A stretch of 64,000 nt of DNA. It comes from Octopus sinensis (taxonomy: Eukaryota). The first letter of the stretch is position 1; every line of letters starts with the position of its first letter. Below the pieces are notes generated by a model. It was not told the DNA's origin and ran no database searches. It saw nothing but the letters and a program-made list of their open reading frames with translations. Shown one piece after another: positions 26,765 through 40,765 of this stretch. The DNA is taken from the NCBI RefSeq assembly GCF_006345805.1, contig NC_043009.1, positions 19,716,001 through 19,780,000 on the forward strand. The letters run 5' to 3'. A program made the translations under genes and the position numbers.

Positions 26765-28661
26765 ATGGCAACTGCAAACCCCGTGGCTAGCCCGCCAGTC
26801 ATGCGGAACGGTAGCGAAACACTATTGCTGCCATTAGCTGCTAAATCTCGTAGCTTGAACACCGCTGTCACCACTACCACCACTACCACCACCAACAACA
26901 ACAACAAAACTAACGTCGCAAGACCATTCACCATCACCGCCACCAAAGACATTAACTTAGATTTTCCCCCACTTCCTAGACCACTTGTCGATGAAAGAAG
27001 GACGGAGAAAGGGATTTCAAAAACGAATACAGACGCAAACATGAATGCCAGCACCACCACCATCACAACCAACAACAACAACAACGAAATCAGCACAAAG
27101 CAACCTACCGAAGACAACACCGTCAACACCAACACCACTACCTCGACTTCAACTGCTACAACTAACTCCTCTGCTACTAACACCACCAAAAATAAAACGA
27201 ACTTCGCGGAAGCAACAAAACAAAAACGGACAATCGTAAAATTCACCGCACAGGAAATAAACCTCACAAAAGCACTTTTCACCAAAGAAGGAGATAAACT
27301 GCACCTTCACATTCCACAACACATCGTGAAAAACACACACACAAAAAAATCAATAATATACAAAGTCATCAACAAGAAGGCAAAACGACCAGAAAATGCA
27401 CCGCAGGAAAAATTTGAAAAATGCCTTCGTCCTGCATGGGATTCAAAGGAGTATATTAGTTGGGGACATAAATTTGGCACAGGCCAAGTGCGTTTCCTCA
27501 ACGAAAATCTAGCAAAACGATTTTCCACATTGGAGTTGCATTCAGACGACTTGGTTATGATACCAACTTATTTAGGCCAGAGGGTGACGAAAGTCCAAAT
27601 AAAAAATGTACCACCTGAAGTCGAAATACAATGGTTAGTACTGCCATCTGCTTTGAAATGACAGAGACAAACATTCTTGAAATCGCTGTTCTAGAACAAA
27701 AAGACTGGATGAAACAACAAGAGAAAAGATACCCACCACTATAGAACTGTCAGAAGGCTACAAACTCTATGTAGTGGTAGAGGGCAGGCGACCACGTTGC
27801 TATTTGTGCGGAAGCGAAACACATTTGAAAAAGAAGTGTCCAACCACTGCACAGCAACAACAACAACCACTCCGAGAAAAAAGCACTACTACCCACACCG
27901 CCATCAACTCAGAATACGACAAGAGAAGCACACCAAGCTAATCCATCAACAACCAAAAATTATACAACACCTGAGAAAACACCTGAGAAAATACCAACAC
28001 CACCAACAACAGCAAGAACCAAAGGAACAGAAAAACAAAAAAAAATATACAAAAACTGATTCCCATCCCCTATACCGCACTCACCACACACAAGCACTCA
28101 ACAACCAACAGCAACGAAAACAACAACACAACTACTTACACAGATATACATAGAAGCCTACAACATACCCCTACCCATTCCTGATTCCTCAGAAAATCCG
28201 TCGGAAGACGAAACCAGCGAGGAATGGCAAATAGCTAGAAAAGGAAGGAAAAAAAGTGCAGAAACACAACTAAACCAAATGCAAACACAAACAAAGCAGG
28301 GGGAAATACATCTCCCGAAGACATTTCGAAACCCACCACAAACAACAGCCACACAAACACCACAAAAATATATACAGCAAACATGCTCACAACTATAGAC
28401 ACCAAAAACACAAATTTGATGGAATACATCAAATCAAAAACAAACATAACAGAAGATGACATAAAAACAAACAATCACCCATACACAACACCACCGGATC
28501 ACATCAAAATATTACATATCTCCAGAAGTCTGCACCAGACACTAAAAGGTATTTTCCCCAGTGCGGTTGGTAAATGCCAAAAATACCTCACGAAGAAACT
28601 TTACTGGGATCTCCTCGAGGACAAACCAAAGGAGGAGAAAGCAAAAACTTCCGAGCAGTAA
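26765..28661 (+). pseudogene. Tx1 ORF1 (gag-like nucleic-acid-binding protein), frameshifted
   Basis: T/N-rich N-terminus; ..VTKVQIKNVPPEV.. then frameshifts to TIELSEGYKLYVVVEGRRPRCYLCGSETHLKKKCP (C-x2-C-x4-H-x4-C at 27798-27839); low-complexity tail to the stop at 28661. Confidence 0.8.
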
Positions 28662-28705
28662 GTAACCCTCTGTTCCTTTCGCTTGTATTCTAATTCACTA
28701 GGATT

Positions 28706-31700
28706 ATGATCAAGATTGGTTGTGTAAATGCGCGTGGCTTGGGGTCCCCTTGGAAACAAGGGTACCTCTTAAATGACATAAAGTCACACAAGTTAGAAAT
28801 TATTGCCATAAGTGAGACCAGACTCCACAATCCGCGGACCCTAAAGACCATGTTTGGCGGACAGTTCAACATTTATTTTCCCCCCTGTCTGTCAAGAATG
28901 GGCGGTAGTGGCACCGCGGTACTTTTTCGCAAGCGTCTGGATCTCAAAGTAAAGACAATATTCGTAGACCCGAAGGGTAGACTGATCATCCTGGATGTCG
29001 ACGGCAGCAATGGGTGCGCTTTTCGACTCGTATCAGTCTACGCACCGCCTTTAACAGGTCGGGCGGATTTCTTTCAACGTATAGAAGTATTCTTGGGAAC
29101 GTCTCGTCCTTTACTCTTAGTGGGGGATTGGAATGCTACCTTAGACACGCATGTAGACTACGTGGGCAGAGATAGGAATAGACGGGGATGCAAATGCCTC
29201 AGAAACCTGCTCAGACGCTTTCAACTGTCTGACAGGTACCGACTCGACCACCCGAATGCGCCAACGTGGACATGGAGCAACCGCATCAGGTCGAGACCGT
29301 ATCTAGATAGGATACTGTGTAGGACAGTAGATAGAGATAGCGTAGGATGTCCACAATTGCACATAGTCAGCTACACGGATCACAAACTTGTGACATTGGC
29401 AGGGTCCCGGATACTGGAAACTAAACGCGTCTTTCCCATCGAGACAGGTTTTTAGAGACCGATTAGCACACTAGTAAAGAGGGCTTTGACGGGAGCCATC
29501 ATCAACAACAAATGGTGGTTTGGCCTCGCAGAAGCGATTAGGTACAGCAAAGCACTAGCCATAGATAGAAACAGAGTAGAGGGTGAGCTAGAAGCTAGAA
29601 GAGGCAATTAGAAGCGGCATCGCATCCGACGTTTTGGCGGCGAGGTTGGCCCTCGACCAACACTTCAACATCAAACACGAAGGGTGTGTTGTCAGAGCTA
29701 GGATGCGTACTCTAAGGAACGAAGGTGTTGGAGGCGCGAGAGAGGCCCAGGTGGCAGATGAACAGGGGCGCGAATTGCTCGAGCCGAGTAAAATGTTTGA
29801 GGCCTTTCAACAGAATTTTGCCCGACTGTTCGGGACGAGTGGCGGCCAAGAACGTAGGGTGGATTTCAGTGCCTACCTATACAGCCTACCACGACTCTCG
29901 ACAAGAGAGGCAGGGCGCTGCGAAGGTGCCATCACGGCGGCGGAAGTGCAGGACGCGATGGCAGAATACTCGAAGAACAAATCGCCGGGTTTGGATGGTC
30001 TACCCCACGAGCTTTACAGTTGTATGCCAGACTTGTTTGGAGAGGTCTTGGCAGTGGTGTACTGCCACTGGCAGCAAAACGGGAGCATTCCTGGTTTTGT
30101 GAGCCGAGGAGCCGTAACACTGCTGAAGAAAGATCTAAACAAGGGGAATATAATAGATAACTTTAGGCCCATCACTCTGCTTAATGCAGACTTGAAATTT
30201 TTGGCAAAGGTGTTAGCCAAGAGGTTGGCGCTTGTCATCGAGAAACTGGTCGGCAAGGCGCAAACGTGCGCCGTGCCGGGCCAGAGCATCCATGACAACC
30301 TCCACCTGATGCGCTACATCATATACAGAGTAGTTAAGGAACCTGGCATGGGTGCGGCGCTGATCAATTTGGATCAATCGATAGTTTTCGATAGGGTAGA
30401 CCATCGTTACTTGGAGGCTGTCCTCAGAGCGGCTGGTTTCGGTCCCGTCTTCCGTGGCTGGATAGCCGTTTTGTACACAGGCATCCGTTCGGTAATTCGC
30501 GTGAATGGACATCTATCGAGACCTTTCGACATTGCACGTTCGGTCCGTCAGGGATGCCCCCTCTCGTCGCTTCTGTACGTATTGACTCTCGAGCCATTAT
30601 TGCGGAAGCTGGCAACTCTGAGTGGCATCCCGCAAGAATTAGGATGCGGGACGAGCGTGTCTGCATACGCGGACGACGTCACCGTCATAGTGTCTAGCCA
30701 TGAGCACATCGAGACACTGAAAAGCTACGAAGCGGTGACAGGAGCGAAAATCAACCGGGAAAAGTCAGTGGGCTTGTGACTCGGCATCTGGAGAAGCAAG
30801 CCCATGCCGTCCACCAGCGCCTCCGTCGTGGGACGCTGGACCGACGGTCCGGTCGAGTTGCTCGGGGTCTGGTTTGGTCCGGACCTCCAAACGGAGAAGA
30901 ACTGGAACGAAATAACGAGTAGGGTGGTCACTCTCGCCCGGCAATGGGCCGAGAGGAAACTGTCCCTAAAAGGTCGGGCGGAGGTGGCGAACTCGTACAT
31001 CGCGTCCGCCATCTACTACCGCCTGACCGTCGTGCCTTGCCCCGACCCTACCATCACCTAACTAGAACGCATTCCCTTTCGCTTCTTGTGGAAAGGATGC
31101 GTCCCGATGGTCAGGCGATCCATTTGTTGTCAACACCCGTTAAAAGGAGGACTGGGCATGCTGTGGTTGATGATGCGCAGACCCGCGCTGAGACTGCGAC
31201 ATCTCAGGCTCTTCGTAGACGACGGTGAACAGGTGTGGTCGCCGTTTGTGAGGCACGCTTTCCCGCAACTCGTCTCCATGACCGAACTGCAGTCCTGGAT
31301 GAAAAAGAGGCCGAGAAAGCGCGAATGGCACTGTGAGTGTCACGTTGCTCTCAAGCAACTATGCCTTCCCGGGTCGACCTTGAGTGACTTCAACACAACC
31401 AAAGCATTCTATAGGGGATTAGTGGATGGGAGGTACGGCGACGAGCTCGGGGCAAACCTGAACGTCGACGAAGAATACCTGACCCGCCTGTTCAGGACTA
31501 CTTTCGGGCCAGGGTCCATGGACAACTTCCAGAGATCCCTGGCCTGCCAGTGCTACCGAGAAACGCTACCCGTTCGGGATAAGCTCTACAGACACGGCTC
31601 GAGAAACATGGGGCCGACCTTCCTGAGATGCGGTCAGAGCGACGAAACCGTTCTGCACGCACTCGTGCAGTGTCCAATAATTTCCGACCTGTGGGCTTAT

Positions 31701-32039
31701 GTCGAACAACTGCTGTCACGTGTAGGATGAGTCGGTTTATCAGCCGTGTCTATCGTCAATATTGTCACGCCTCCTTCCTTCGAACGGGAACGAAGAGCTA
31801 TTTTCATCATCCTTGTGGCTATGGCGAAAGAATGTATCTGGTGGACGCGTCTGAAAGGATTGGAGACAAACACTTTCTTCTCTGGTCAATCTCTCATCAA
31901 CTTCTTCAAGTATCACTTGAAAAGGAAAGTGAGAGTAGGGAGGCAAGTTTTGTCTAGCGAATGTTTTAAAAAAAGATGGGTGAATGTAGCAAGGATGGCA
32001 CGTATGAATGACGAAGCGATCTTGAGCATAATCCTATGA
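28706..32039 (+). pseudogene. Tx1 ORF2: APE endonuclease + reverse transcriptase + C-terminal zinc finger, with stops and frameshifts
   Basis: MIKIGCVNARGL..ISETR..VYAP..GDWNA..YLDRI..SYTDHKLV (APE); QGPGYWKLNAS; KSPGLDGLP, NFRPITLLNADLKFLAK, VRQGCPLS, SAYADDVTV (RT); FLRCGQSDETVLHALVQCP; in-frame stops ending 30779, 31061, 31730. Confidence 0.93.
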
Positions 32040-32390
32040 ACCCGGAAATTTAAAACAGAGGGTTACCTACTTGCAAACAAATGTGGTAACATGTAACAAT
32101 ATTGACCGAGGTTACCGTGGTCTTTTCCGTAGGCTTTTCTTCCCACCGATAAACCTTATCTGCTTCCCCCTTTACACTTTACATCATGACACTGTGATAC
32201 ACGATCCCTATTGATCGTTTTTGTTTTCTTTTGTTTCTTTTTCTTTTTTTATTTTTTTTCTTCTTTCCATTTTACGATCCCTTTTGATCGAAAACCTACC
32301 CCACCTTTTTTTTTGTTTCCCCCAAAAAGAAAAGCTCTACTCTGTAATCTGTCCCGTCTGTGTGCAGCCCTATGTGGCTAATAAAGAAAC

Positions 32391-32409
32391 ATATCTATCT
32401 ATCTATCTG

Positions 32410-32489
<80 letters not shown>
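32391..32489. repeat. (TATC)n array, right flank or tail of the Tx1 LINE
   Basis: Begins immediately after ..AATAAAGAAAC. Confidence 0.95.
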
Positions 32490-33416
32490 ATTGTATGTTT
32501 ATGTGTATGTATGTATGTGCAAACGTGTGTGCGTGTGTGAATAAGATGGAAAAGAATTTACGTGAGCTGAAACCATTCCATATAGTCCTGATCGAATAAA
32601 TGACTCTGTTACTTTATCACAAGGCGTTTCCTGTTGGGTTCTTCTAGGAGAAATTTCATTCGGCGTTTCCATATTTGAAACTCAGCCACCGACGAATTCT
32701 GTAAAACGGTAGAATTGTTGAGGTTTTAACAGGAATAAAATTTTACTTTCAGAATAAGGATTTTATAAATTAAGGATAAAATATTTTCCTCAAACACATT
32801 CATCTCCATTGGTTCTTCTATCCTTATAATCCTCATTTCCCAACCTCGATGTTAAAATGATCCCCCACCGTTGGCCCCTACAAGCCGTTTCATTGCCTTA
32901 TCCAATGTAATGACCTCGTGGCAACGTCCAGTTTGATAATTGTGATAAATACAGAAATACACGTTCGCTTTGGTCCAACATTGTCATCACAGATACATAA
33001 TCACGATAAGATGTTTATATTCCTCCATTTTCGTCGTCATTAAATGATGTTATTGATGAACTCCTATCTAATTAAAGCAGGCATTGAGTGGAAAAAATAT
33101 CAAGACAGTTATATTGTTGTTTATTTGAACGAACAAAATAAAATTATAAAAGAACAATTCTTAATATTAGTGTAATCATTTTGAAGAAATTAGATTTGTC
33201 AGGAAGGTGTCACTCGATCATGTTCGGGGTAAGTTTCCACTCCTAAATCTCATCTATTTAAGGGCACCACTGTCACTTTTTAGAACCCCTTTTTATTTGG
33301 CGACGGAGACAAGGAAATGAAAGATATATTTTTTATGGGGGCATATGTTCGTTTTTACCTTTTAACTAACACACCACTGCTCTCACACAATTCAATTATT
33401 TCTTCTGTTGTATGTG

Positions 33417-33448
<32 letters not shown>

Positions 33449-33531
33449 TGTATGTATGTATGTATGTATGTATGTATGTATGTATGTATGTATGTGCGTA
33501 TGTATGTGTGTATGTGTGTATGTATGCATGC

Positions 33532-33563
<32 letters not shown>

Positions 33564-33738
33564 TATATATATATATATATATATGTAAATATATATATAT
33601 ATATTCATATGTAAATACACACACACACACACACGAATATATATATGCTTGTGTATATATATGCATGTGCATATGTAGGTGTATTAACACACAAACACAT
33701 ATACAGTAATATATGCATATATACACATGTATACGTAG

Positions 33739-33816
<78 letters not shown>

Positions 33817-34462
33817 TATACATGTACATATATATGTGTGTAATATATCTACGCCCATGAATGTATGTACGTGTGTGTTATATACAATAATCAGTGAGTC
33901 TATTTGTGTGTATCGATGCTTAAGCGTGCGCATCAACTTTTAAATCGTTCTTAATGCGAGCATGTTTACGGTTTTGATTGCGGAGAGAAAGGAGGCTGGA
34001 AGTGGAATAAGATGTGATATCTATAAAACAGGCCAATAAATACAGGAACATAATTTAAAGCCAAACAATTCTGGGATAAAGACATGAATGATTTACGTTG
34101 CTGTAGAGACTGCTTCAATAGATATGACATTTGTAATAAATTTTCTCCTTCTTCTTCGCCATTGATTACAAATAACATGTAAAAATGACAAGAGTGATGC
34201 CTGTAATAGACACAAGTGTTATTTTATTTTGCTTTTATAAAGCCGCATATCTGTTGAAAATGCTAGAAGGAAATATAACAGCAAAATAGAGAGATAAGAC
34301 AATTGGAAATGGCGGTGGGAATGATGGTGGGTGGTGGTGGATGTGGTGGTGGGGAGTGAGGAGGAAGAGAGATAAATGGATAGATGAGAGTGGAAAGAGA
34401 GAGGGAGAGAGAGAGAAAAGAGAGATAAAGAGAGAGACCACACGCATACACAAAGTGAGGGT

Positions 34463-34525
<63 letters not shown>

Positions 34526-34631
34526 CGTTTGTATGTATGCATATGTGTATGTATGTATGTAAAGTGTAGAAGAAGAGAGAAGGACAGAGTAGAGTGACTA
34601 AGAATAGATAGATAGATAGATAGATAGACAG

Positions 34632-34676
<45 letters not shown>

Positions 34677-35233
34677 AGGATTAATTCTCCTTATGAATTC
34701 GTTCATCGTAAAGTTGACTGGAAACGTTTGTTGATTAGTTTTGGAAAGATGAAAGTGATGGAAGGAAAGAAAGAAGGACATGATAGAAAGAAGACAGCAA
34801 GAGAAGAAAATGAGAGAGAGAGAGAGAAAGAGAGAGGGAGAGAGAGAGAAAGATAGAGGGAGAGAGAGAGAAAGAGAAAGGGAGAGAGAGAGGTGGGGAG
34901 AAAGCAAAGGAATTGTGTGTAGAAAGTGATTGGAAAGAGTCCGTTGGAAGGTGACAGTGATAAAGTGTGAAGTGGAATAAGATCTAAAGAAGGAAGCAAG
35001 CAGATGAAGAAGGAGTTAATTCAGGTGAAGCTGATGAGGAGTGGTATATTGTTACTGCACACTGAACTCACTATCACCGAGTTGTTATGACAGATGATCT
35101 ATTACAAATGGATGCCCTCGAAATGTCTACTTTATTGTGATTTGCTCGGAAAGTGATTTATATCGAATATCTTGCCTTGTTTATGAACTTTTACATTCTA
35201 TGACGATGTTTTACTAAATCTCTCTCTCTCTCT

Positions 35234-35270
<37 letters not shown>

Positions 35271-38200
35271 CACACATACTTATTTCTTATTCTCTAAAGA
35301 ACTCGGCTCTTTTCTTTTGTAATTGCCATCATGTATCAATGACGGACATATTTCTTATGGTTGGCTTTCGTTTTCTACTTCTCCCACCATATTACACCAC
35401 AACACCAAAAACTACAATAACACCCACCATCGCCACGATATTTAGAATACAGCGTGGATCTAAAACAGTGATTTCTAATTCAAGGACGTTGTCCCCACCG
35501 TCCCCAATTTTTCACTGGTATTTATTTTATCGACCCCAAGAGGATAAAATGTGAGATCGTCCGCAATAAAATTTGAACTCTGACTATAATGATCTGCAAA
35601 CTGTTTCATTCTCAGACGCTCTACCGTTTCTGCCATGTCATTTCTGCTTGTCGTCGGAATACCACAATTGATTATCTTTGCTATGAGATGACGATAATGA
35701 TGATGATGACGATGATGATGATGATGACGATGATGATGATGATGACGACGAGGACGACGACGACGACGATGATGAAAATGATGACTGACACAAAGGCAAT
35801 GATAGACTTTGTGGGAAATTACATCATTACATCAGTGTGTGTGTGTTTACAATAGAATTAGTAAAGTTTTAGCGTTGTGCGTATAATGACAGTTTAAGTT
35901 GTGTATTTGTACACAACTCGTAACTTCTGTAAGCTGCCGCCATAACTATATCTCAGCCAAGATTGTCCGAGCAATCTTTCCTCATTAAATATTTACTGAT
36001 CTTCTGATCAAGATGGCTGCCCTTAGAAGCCGTTCTTTTATTAGATTCACGAGTGGATTAGATGGACCTGGCAGACTGTGATCGTTGTTTCTCTCCCCAG
36101 CTAGCTACAAGTTAATGAACATTCTGTCAAAATCTGTGAGTTATTTTCTGGGAATATATTCTCATTATTGCTGCCGTGACACTCGAAGGAAGGAGTTAAT
36201 TTACAATTTTACGGTTCACGACTTTCTGGAATATAACAGGGAGAGTTTAGTGCAGTTTTTGCTTGGCTAAAGTCTATTTAATTGTCCATCTTGACAAAAC
36301 AACAGAAATTATAAATTCCCTTTGACAATCTGCAATGAATTTCTAGAAACATTTTATAATACTTTTAGTTGATATCTCGTTCATTCTGACCTCTGTCTCT
36401 CTCACCCCACTCTCTCTGCATGTCTGTCTCTCTCACCCCACTCTCTCTGCATGTCTGTCTCTCTCGTTCCGTGCTCTTTGTCTGTCTCTCTCAAACTCAA
36501 ATGATTTTCTAAGGGAAATATTTCCATTTATGAACACAGATTTAAATTTATTCGTTCATTTTGTGTGAAAAGTCAAACTCATCGATATCAAGACTGAAAT
36601 ATAATGATGCAGTGAAACCATTCAATTTATTGAGGAAGTTTCGCATTCGTATGTATGTGTTGTTATTTAACCCTAGGCCAACTACAATCGAACAGATTAA
36701 ATGTTTGAAAGTATTCTAACCGAATCCCTCTTATCTTTCAGTTTGATATAATGTATGTATATGACTAAATTATCCAGTGTGCCTGCCTTTTTAAAAACGA
36801 TATGCAGGGTGTTGTTTGAGAGAAATTTGGTTGTTATACCTAGCAGATCGACCGACCAAGCTGAGGACCCTTGTTGGTTTGTAAACACTCAGCTGGTGAA
36901 AGAGATGAAAGAAATAGTTCGGTGGACGACGACGACGACGACGACGACGACAATTAGCAACATTTTTTTTGTCGCAAAGGCGTCGGTTGAAGAGTGTTTT
37001 AGAAAGCCAAGTTACATATGGTGTGAGTGTTTACATTGGATGAGGAAGAAAAAGCGTCTAAAATATACATAATATACGAATATATAAATATATGGACGAG
37101 GCAGCCCGCCTGATACAGGAGGATCTCGAACTAGGGTCAGTCAAGGGACACCACAGACCCAAGTTAACTTTCTTCAGTCTTCAGACACATGTTAGATAAG
37201 ATCCATCTATTTTAACCGTTTTCCCACGGTCTCCCTCTTTTCGACAAATTCAGCTGAAGGAGAGCACCTCCCTCACCTTCCTCTCCACCCTCACCTTCCT
37301 CTCCACCCTCACCTTACTTTATAAGTGTAACTTAAAATGTCGATGGAGGCTTGACCAAAGAGGAAGGTGACTATTCTTAAACCTTTCAGCGTCGTCCACT
37401 ACAGAACCTTCTTCACTGCCGCCAGGGCATTGCTTACTCTGTCCTGTTAAAGGAAGGTGACTGAATGGTTTCGGAATGATCTTAGCAAATAACCGGATCT
37501 ATCCGACAGACAACAACAGCTGTTCAACATAATTCCATAAATCAATAATGCTCGGATACTGAACGAATGCGTGCGGTACGGTCACATCGCTGTACGCGCT
37601 TCACGGAGAGGCTCCAATGACCATACTTGCATGCCTACATACTTTATCGCAAACAGGGATTGTCCCTAAGTGGCGAAATGTTTCTAGAAATTATCCATAA
37701 TAGTCGAACCCTATGGTCTTCTCCAGGACATCACTGTTTTTTTCATCCTCCACTGTTCTATATGTTGCTCGATTTGAACTTCACTGAATGCCTAACAGCA
37801 TTCCAGGAGCCAAACCCCGCAATCGCTTTTGCGTCGAAAGATGTGCTGTGAAAAGATGTGTCTACAAACGGAGGACACATCCGCTCACCATCCACGAATC
37901 TCTACAAGCGGTGTAACCTCAGCGTGTGTGTACGTCAGCAGCCACAGTATGCCAAGCTTGCCTTGCAAAAAGGTTCGAAGTGCCGTGGTTTGACTGATGG
38001 AGCGCATTATTTTCACAAGAAGCAGAAGAGCAAGCATTCCAATCTTATCAATGATGAAGGTGATGTTGGCATCCTTTACCTCTGCTCGACACTTATGAGA
38101 AAGCTTTCTCTCGACTTATTTCTATCTTGCTTATAACCTCGTCTCAGTACCGGTCTACCCGGCGGTGCGGATCGAACCAGACTCCGACCAATTTAATCAC

Positions 38201-38384
38201 TTCGCTTCTCAACTGTTCCATCTTCAACAGAAGTGGCTGGAGACCCAGCACTTAGAGGTGAGAGACTTCACTCCTGACAGATTGAGCACATGGTATGAAA
38301 TGGTTCCGCGGGGTTACCGTTCACTCCCATCATTCGGCGCTGCTTGCTGTGCGTGGTTGCAATCGACCCCGCAAGTACATTATT

Positions 38385-38510
38385 GTATCGACCTCAGCAT
38401 GATAAAGGGCAGCGTTGACCTGGGCAGGAATTGAACTCAGAACGTAAAGAGTCGGGACCATCACTGCAGATCATTTTGTCGGCCCCTCTAGCGATTCTGC
38501 CGAGCAATCG
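38385..38510 (-). mobile_element. Degraded family D SINE
   Basis: GAATTGAACTCAGAACGTAAAGAG is the reverse complement of the B-box region of family D. Confidence 0.6.
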
Positions 38511-39765
38511 AATACTTTTCGAAGTCGTTTCTCAGAAAATCAATTTCATTATCATAAACATCTGTAATTATTTTGAATTTTATATTTTAATCGTTAAAAA
38601 TAATTTCTTATTCTATCAGCTAAGACATAATTAATTGATCCGAAGAATTTCGAAAAATTCCACATAATTAATTTTAAGTAGAAATTTTCTTGTTCTGTAC
38701 TTTACCAGATGTAATAATTTGTCCTGTACTTTTCTAGGTTTATAATCTTATTTCTCTTGCTCGCATTTTCCCATGTAATCCATTCTTTTCCAGGTTATGC
38801 TATTATGCTAATTAATAATGTGTCAATTAACAATTTAAGATTTTATCTTATTGAAAATTGAATAATGAATTTAATAAATTTCTCAATAACAGTTTTATTT
38901 TTTTCAGTTTTGTGATTGGATTATTATTATTACAGAATTAAAATAATACAAAAAGTTTTAATCTAAAAAATAAGAACAAGATTAGCTAAAATAATTGCAA
39001 ATTAGCGGTGTTGTTGAGAAATTTTTCCTTACTTTAATGATGCCGGTGACATATATTAAAAGTCCCCTTGTAGAACTATATTCGTAAAAAAGTACAGAAT
39101 TATATTGTCGCCCTCAAATTTCAGAAACAAACACTCATAACTTTTTTCATTCAAAACTTCATTGCGTGAAATTGATGCCACGAAATCCCTCGAATTGAGC
39201 TCTATCATTTAAGCTTAATTAAATAATAGTTTGCTTTTAAAATAAAAAAGTCAATTATACTTAAATCCAATTTTTTGTCTTAATTATATTTTTTTGCATG
39301 GTATTTTACCTCACAACTTTTTTGATACAAATTTTTGTTGCATGAAACCAAAACTATGAAATTCCCCATGCTTTCTTCTATCATTGAAGCTAAGATGAAT
39401 ATATTTTGCTTTTAAAATATAAAAGCTATATCTAAACTTGATTGGAGGTGTTACTTACTCTCCTATAACGTTGCTACAAATTTTGATGTAAATATTTTTC
39501 TACTGGACCAAATCTCAATTTTTTTAATGCCAAAATGTAGCTAGGGACCATTCCTCTTCAAAAATGGTAACAGTTTTCAATTTAGTTAATAATTGAATTT
39601 GTGACAAAGCTCTGAAGATGCTGTGTGTGAGTAAATTGCGGCCTTAATATTATTCAACTAAAACCGTATTTGAATGATATAATCAATAAATTACTGGTGA
39701 ATTAATCGGATTTTGTTTCAATATAAAACACACACATACACACACACATATATACATATATATGT

Positions 39766-40101
39766 GAAGGTGCATGGCTCAGCGGTTAGAGAGTGGAGCT
39801 TACGATCATGAGGTTGTGAGTTCGATTCCCGGACCGGGTTGCGTGTTGTATTCTTGAACAAAACACTTTATTTCTCGTTGCTCCAGTTCATTCAGCTGTA
39901 GAAATGAGTTGCGACGTCACAGGTGCCAAGCTGTATCGGCCCCTTTGCCTTTCACTTGGTTAACATCAGTGGTGTGGAGAGGAGAGGCTGGTATGCATGG
40001 GCGACTGTTGGTCTTCCATAAACAACCTTGCCTGGACTTGTGCCTCGAAAGGGAACTTTCTAAAGGCAATCCCATGGTCATTCATGATCAAAAAGAGGTC
40101 T

Positions 40102-40103
<2 letters not shown>
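39766..40103 (+). mobile_element. tRNA-derived SINE, family B (CORE-like central segment)
   Basis: A-box TGGCTCAGCGG, B-box AGTTCGATTCC; related copy at 42962-43228. Confidence 0.85.
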
Positions 40104-40144
<41 letters not shown>

Positions 40145-40281
40145 GTATTTCAAAATAGAAAATTACCCTTTAACAGGTAATTTTTACATGCTAGAAATAG
40201 CAGCTAACACGACCAAAAACCACAATTTTATAGCAAATTTCGAAGTAAATGAAAAATGAAAACCTTTACCTTGTTATATAA

Positions 40282-40392
40282 CGGTTATACCATGGTTTCG
40301 AATTTTTTGAGCGAATAATATCGCTTGCCATCTTTTAATAGATAATTTAGCAAGACCATATTATCTACCAGGCGAATTCTCGTCAGTAACCG
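40282..40392 (-). ncRNA. Type I hammerhead ribozyme, intact core
   Basis: Minus strand: cggtta-CTGACGA-gaatt...aattc-GAA-ACCATGGT-A-taaccg; 6-bp stem I; predicted GUA cleavage between 40288 and 40287. Confidence 0.85.
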
Positions 40393-40563
40393 GCCTAAAC
40401 AACTAACTTATAATTCAGAGACAAGATAACACGTGTCCCATCATTATATGCTATAATTTTTCAAATATCGCGCGCAGGCGCATTTACAGTCAGCAATAGA
40501 TACAATGCCGAGCTGAAACTTCGAGAATGCTAAGAACATATTCATAAGGTACATATATATATA

Positions 40564-40765
40564 TAGGGTGGCGAATACTCGTTATAAATATCACCACCAG
40601 TGGCCTAGCATGTATAAAAAGTCAATAGACAACATATTCGTATTTCAAAATAGAAAATTACCCTTTAACAGGTAATTTTCTATTTGAAATACGAATATGT
40701 TGTCTATTGACTTTTTATACATGCTAGGCCACTGGTGGTGATATTTATAACGAGTATTCGCCACC

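Larger units (their letters stand above)
26550..32390 (+). mobile_element. Near full-length Tx1/L1-clade non-LTR retrotransposon (~5.8 kb), disabled
   Basis: 5' UTR, ORF1 with CCHC knuckle, ORF2 APE-RT-zinc finger, pyrimidine-rich 3' UTR, AATAAA at 32380-32385; GC-rich ORF2 against AT-rich host; flanked by (TATC)n on both sides. Confidence 0.93.

Noticed and set aside
29725-31957. Alternative-frame and antisense ORFs over Tx1 ORF2
   Set aside because: Shadow ORFs of GC-rich coding sequence
37100-38130. GC-richer segment, possible LINE remnant or exon
   Set aside because: No continuous frame or diagnostic motif
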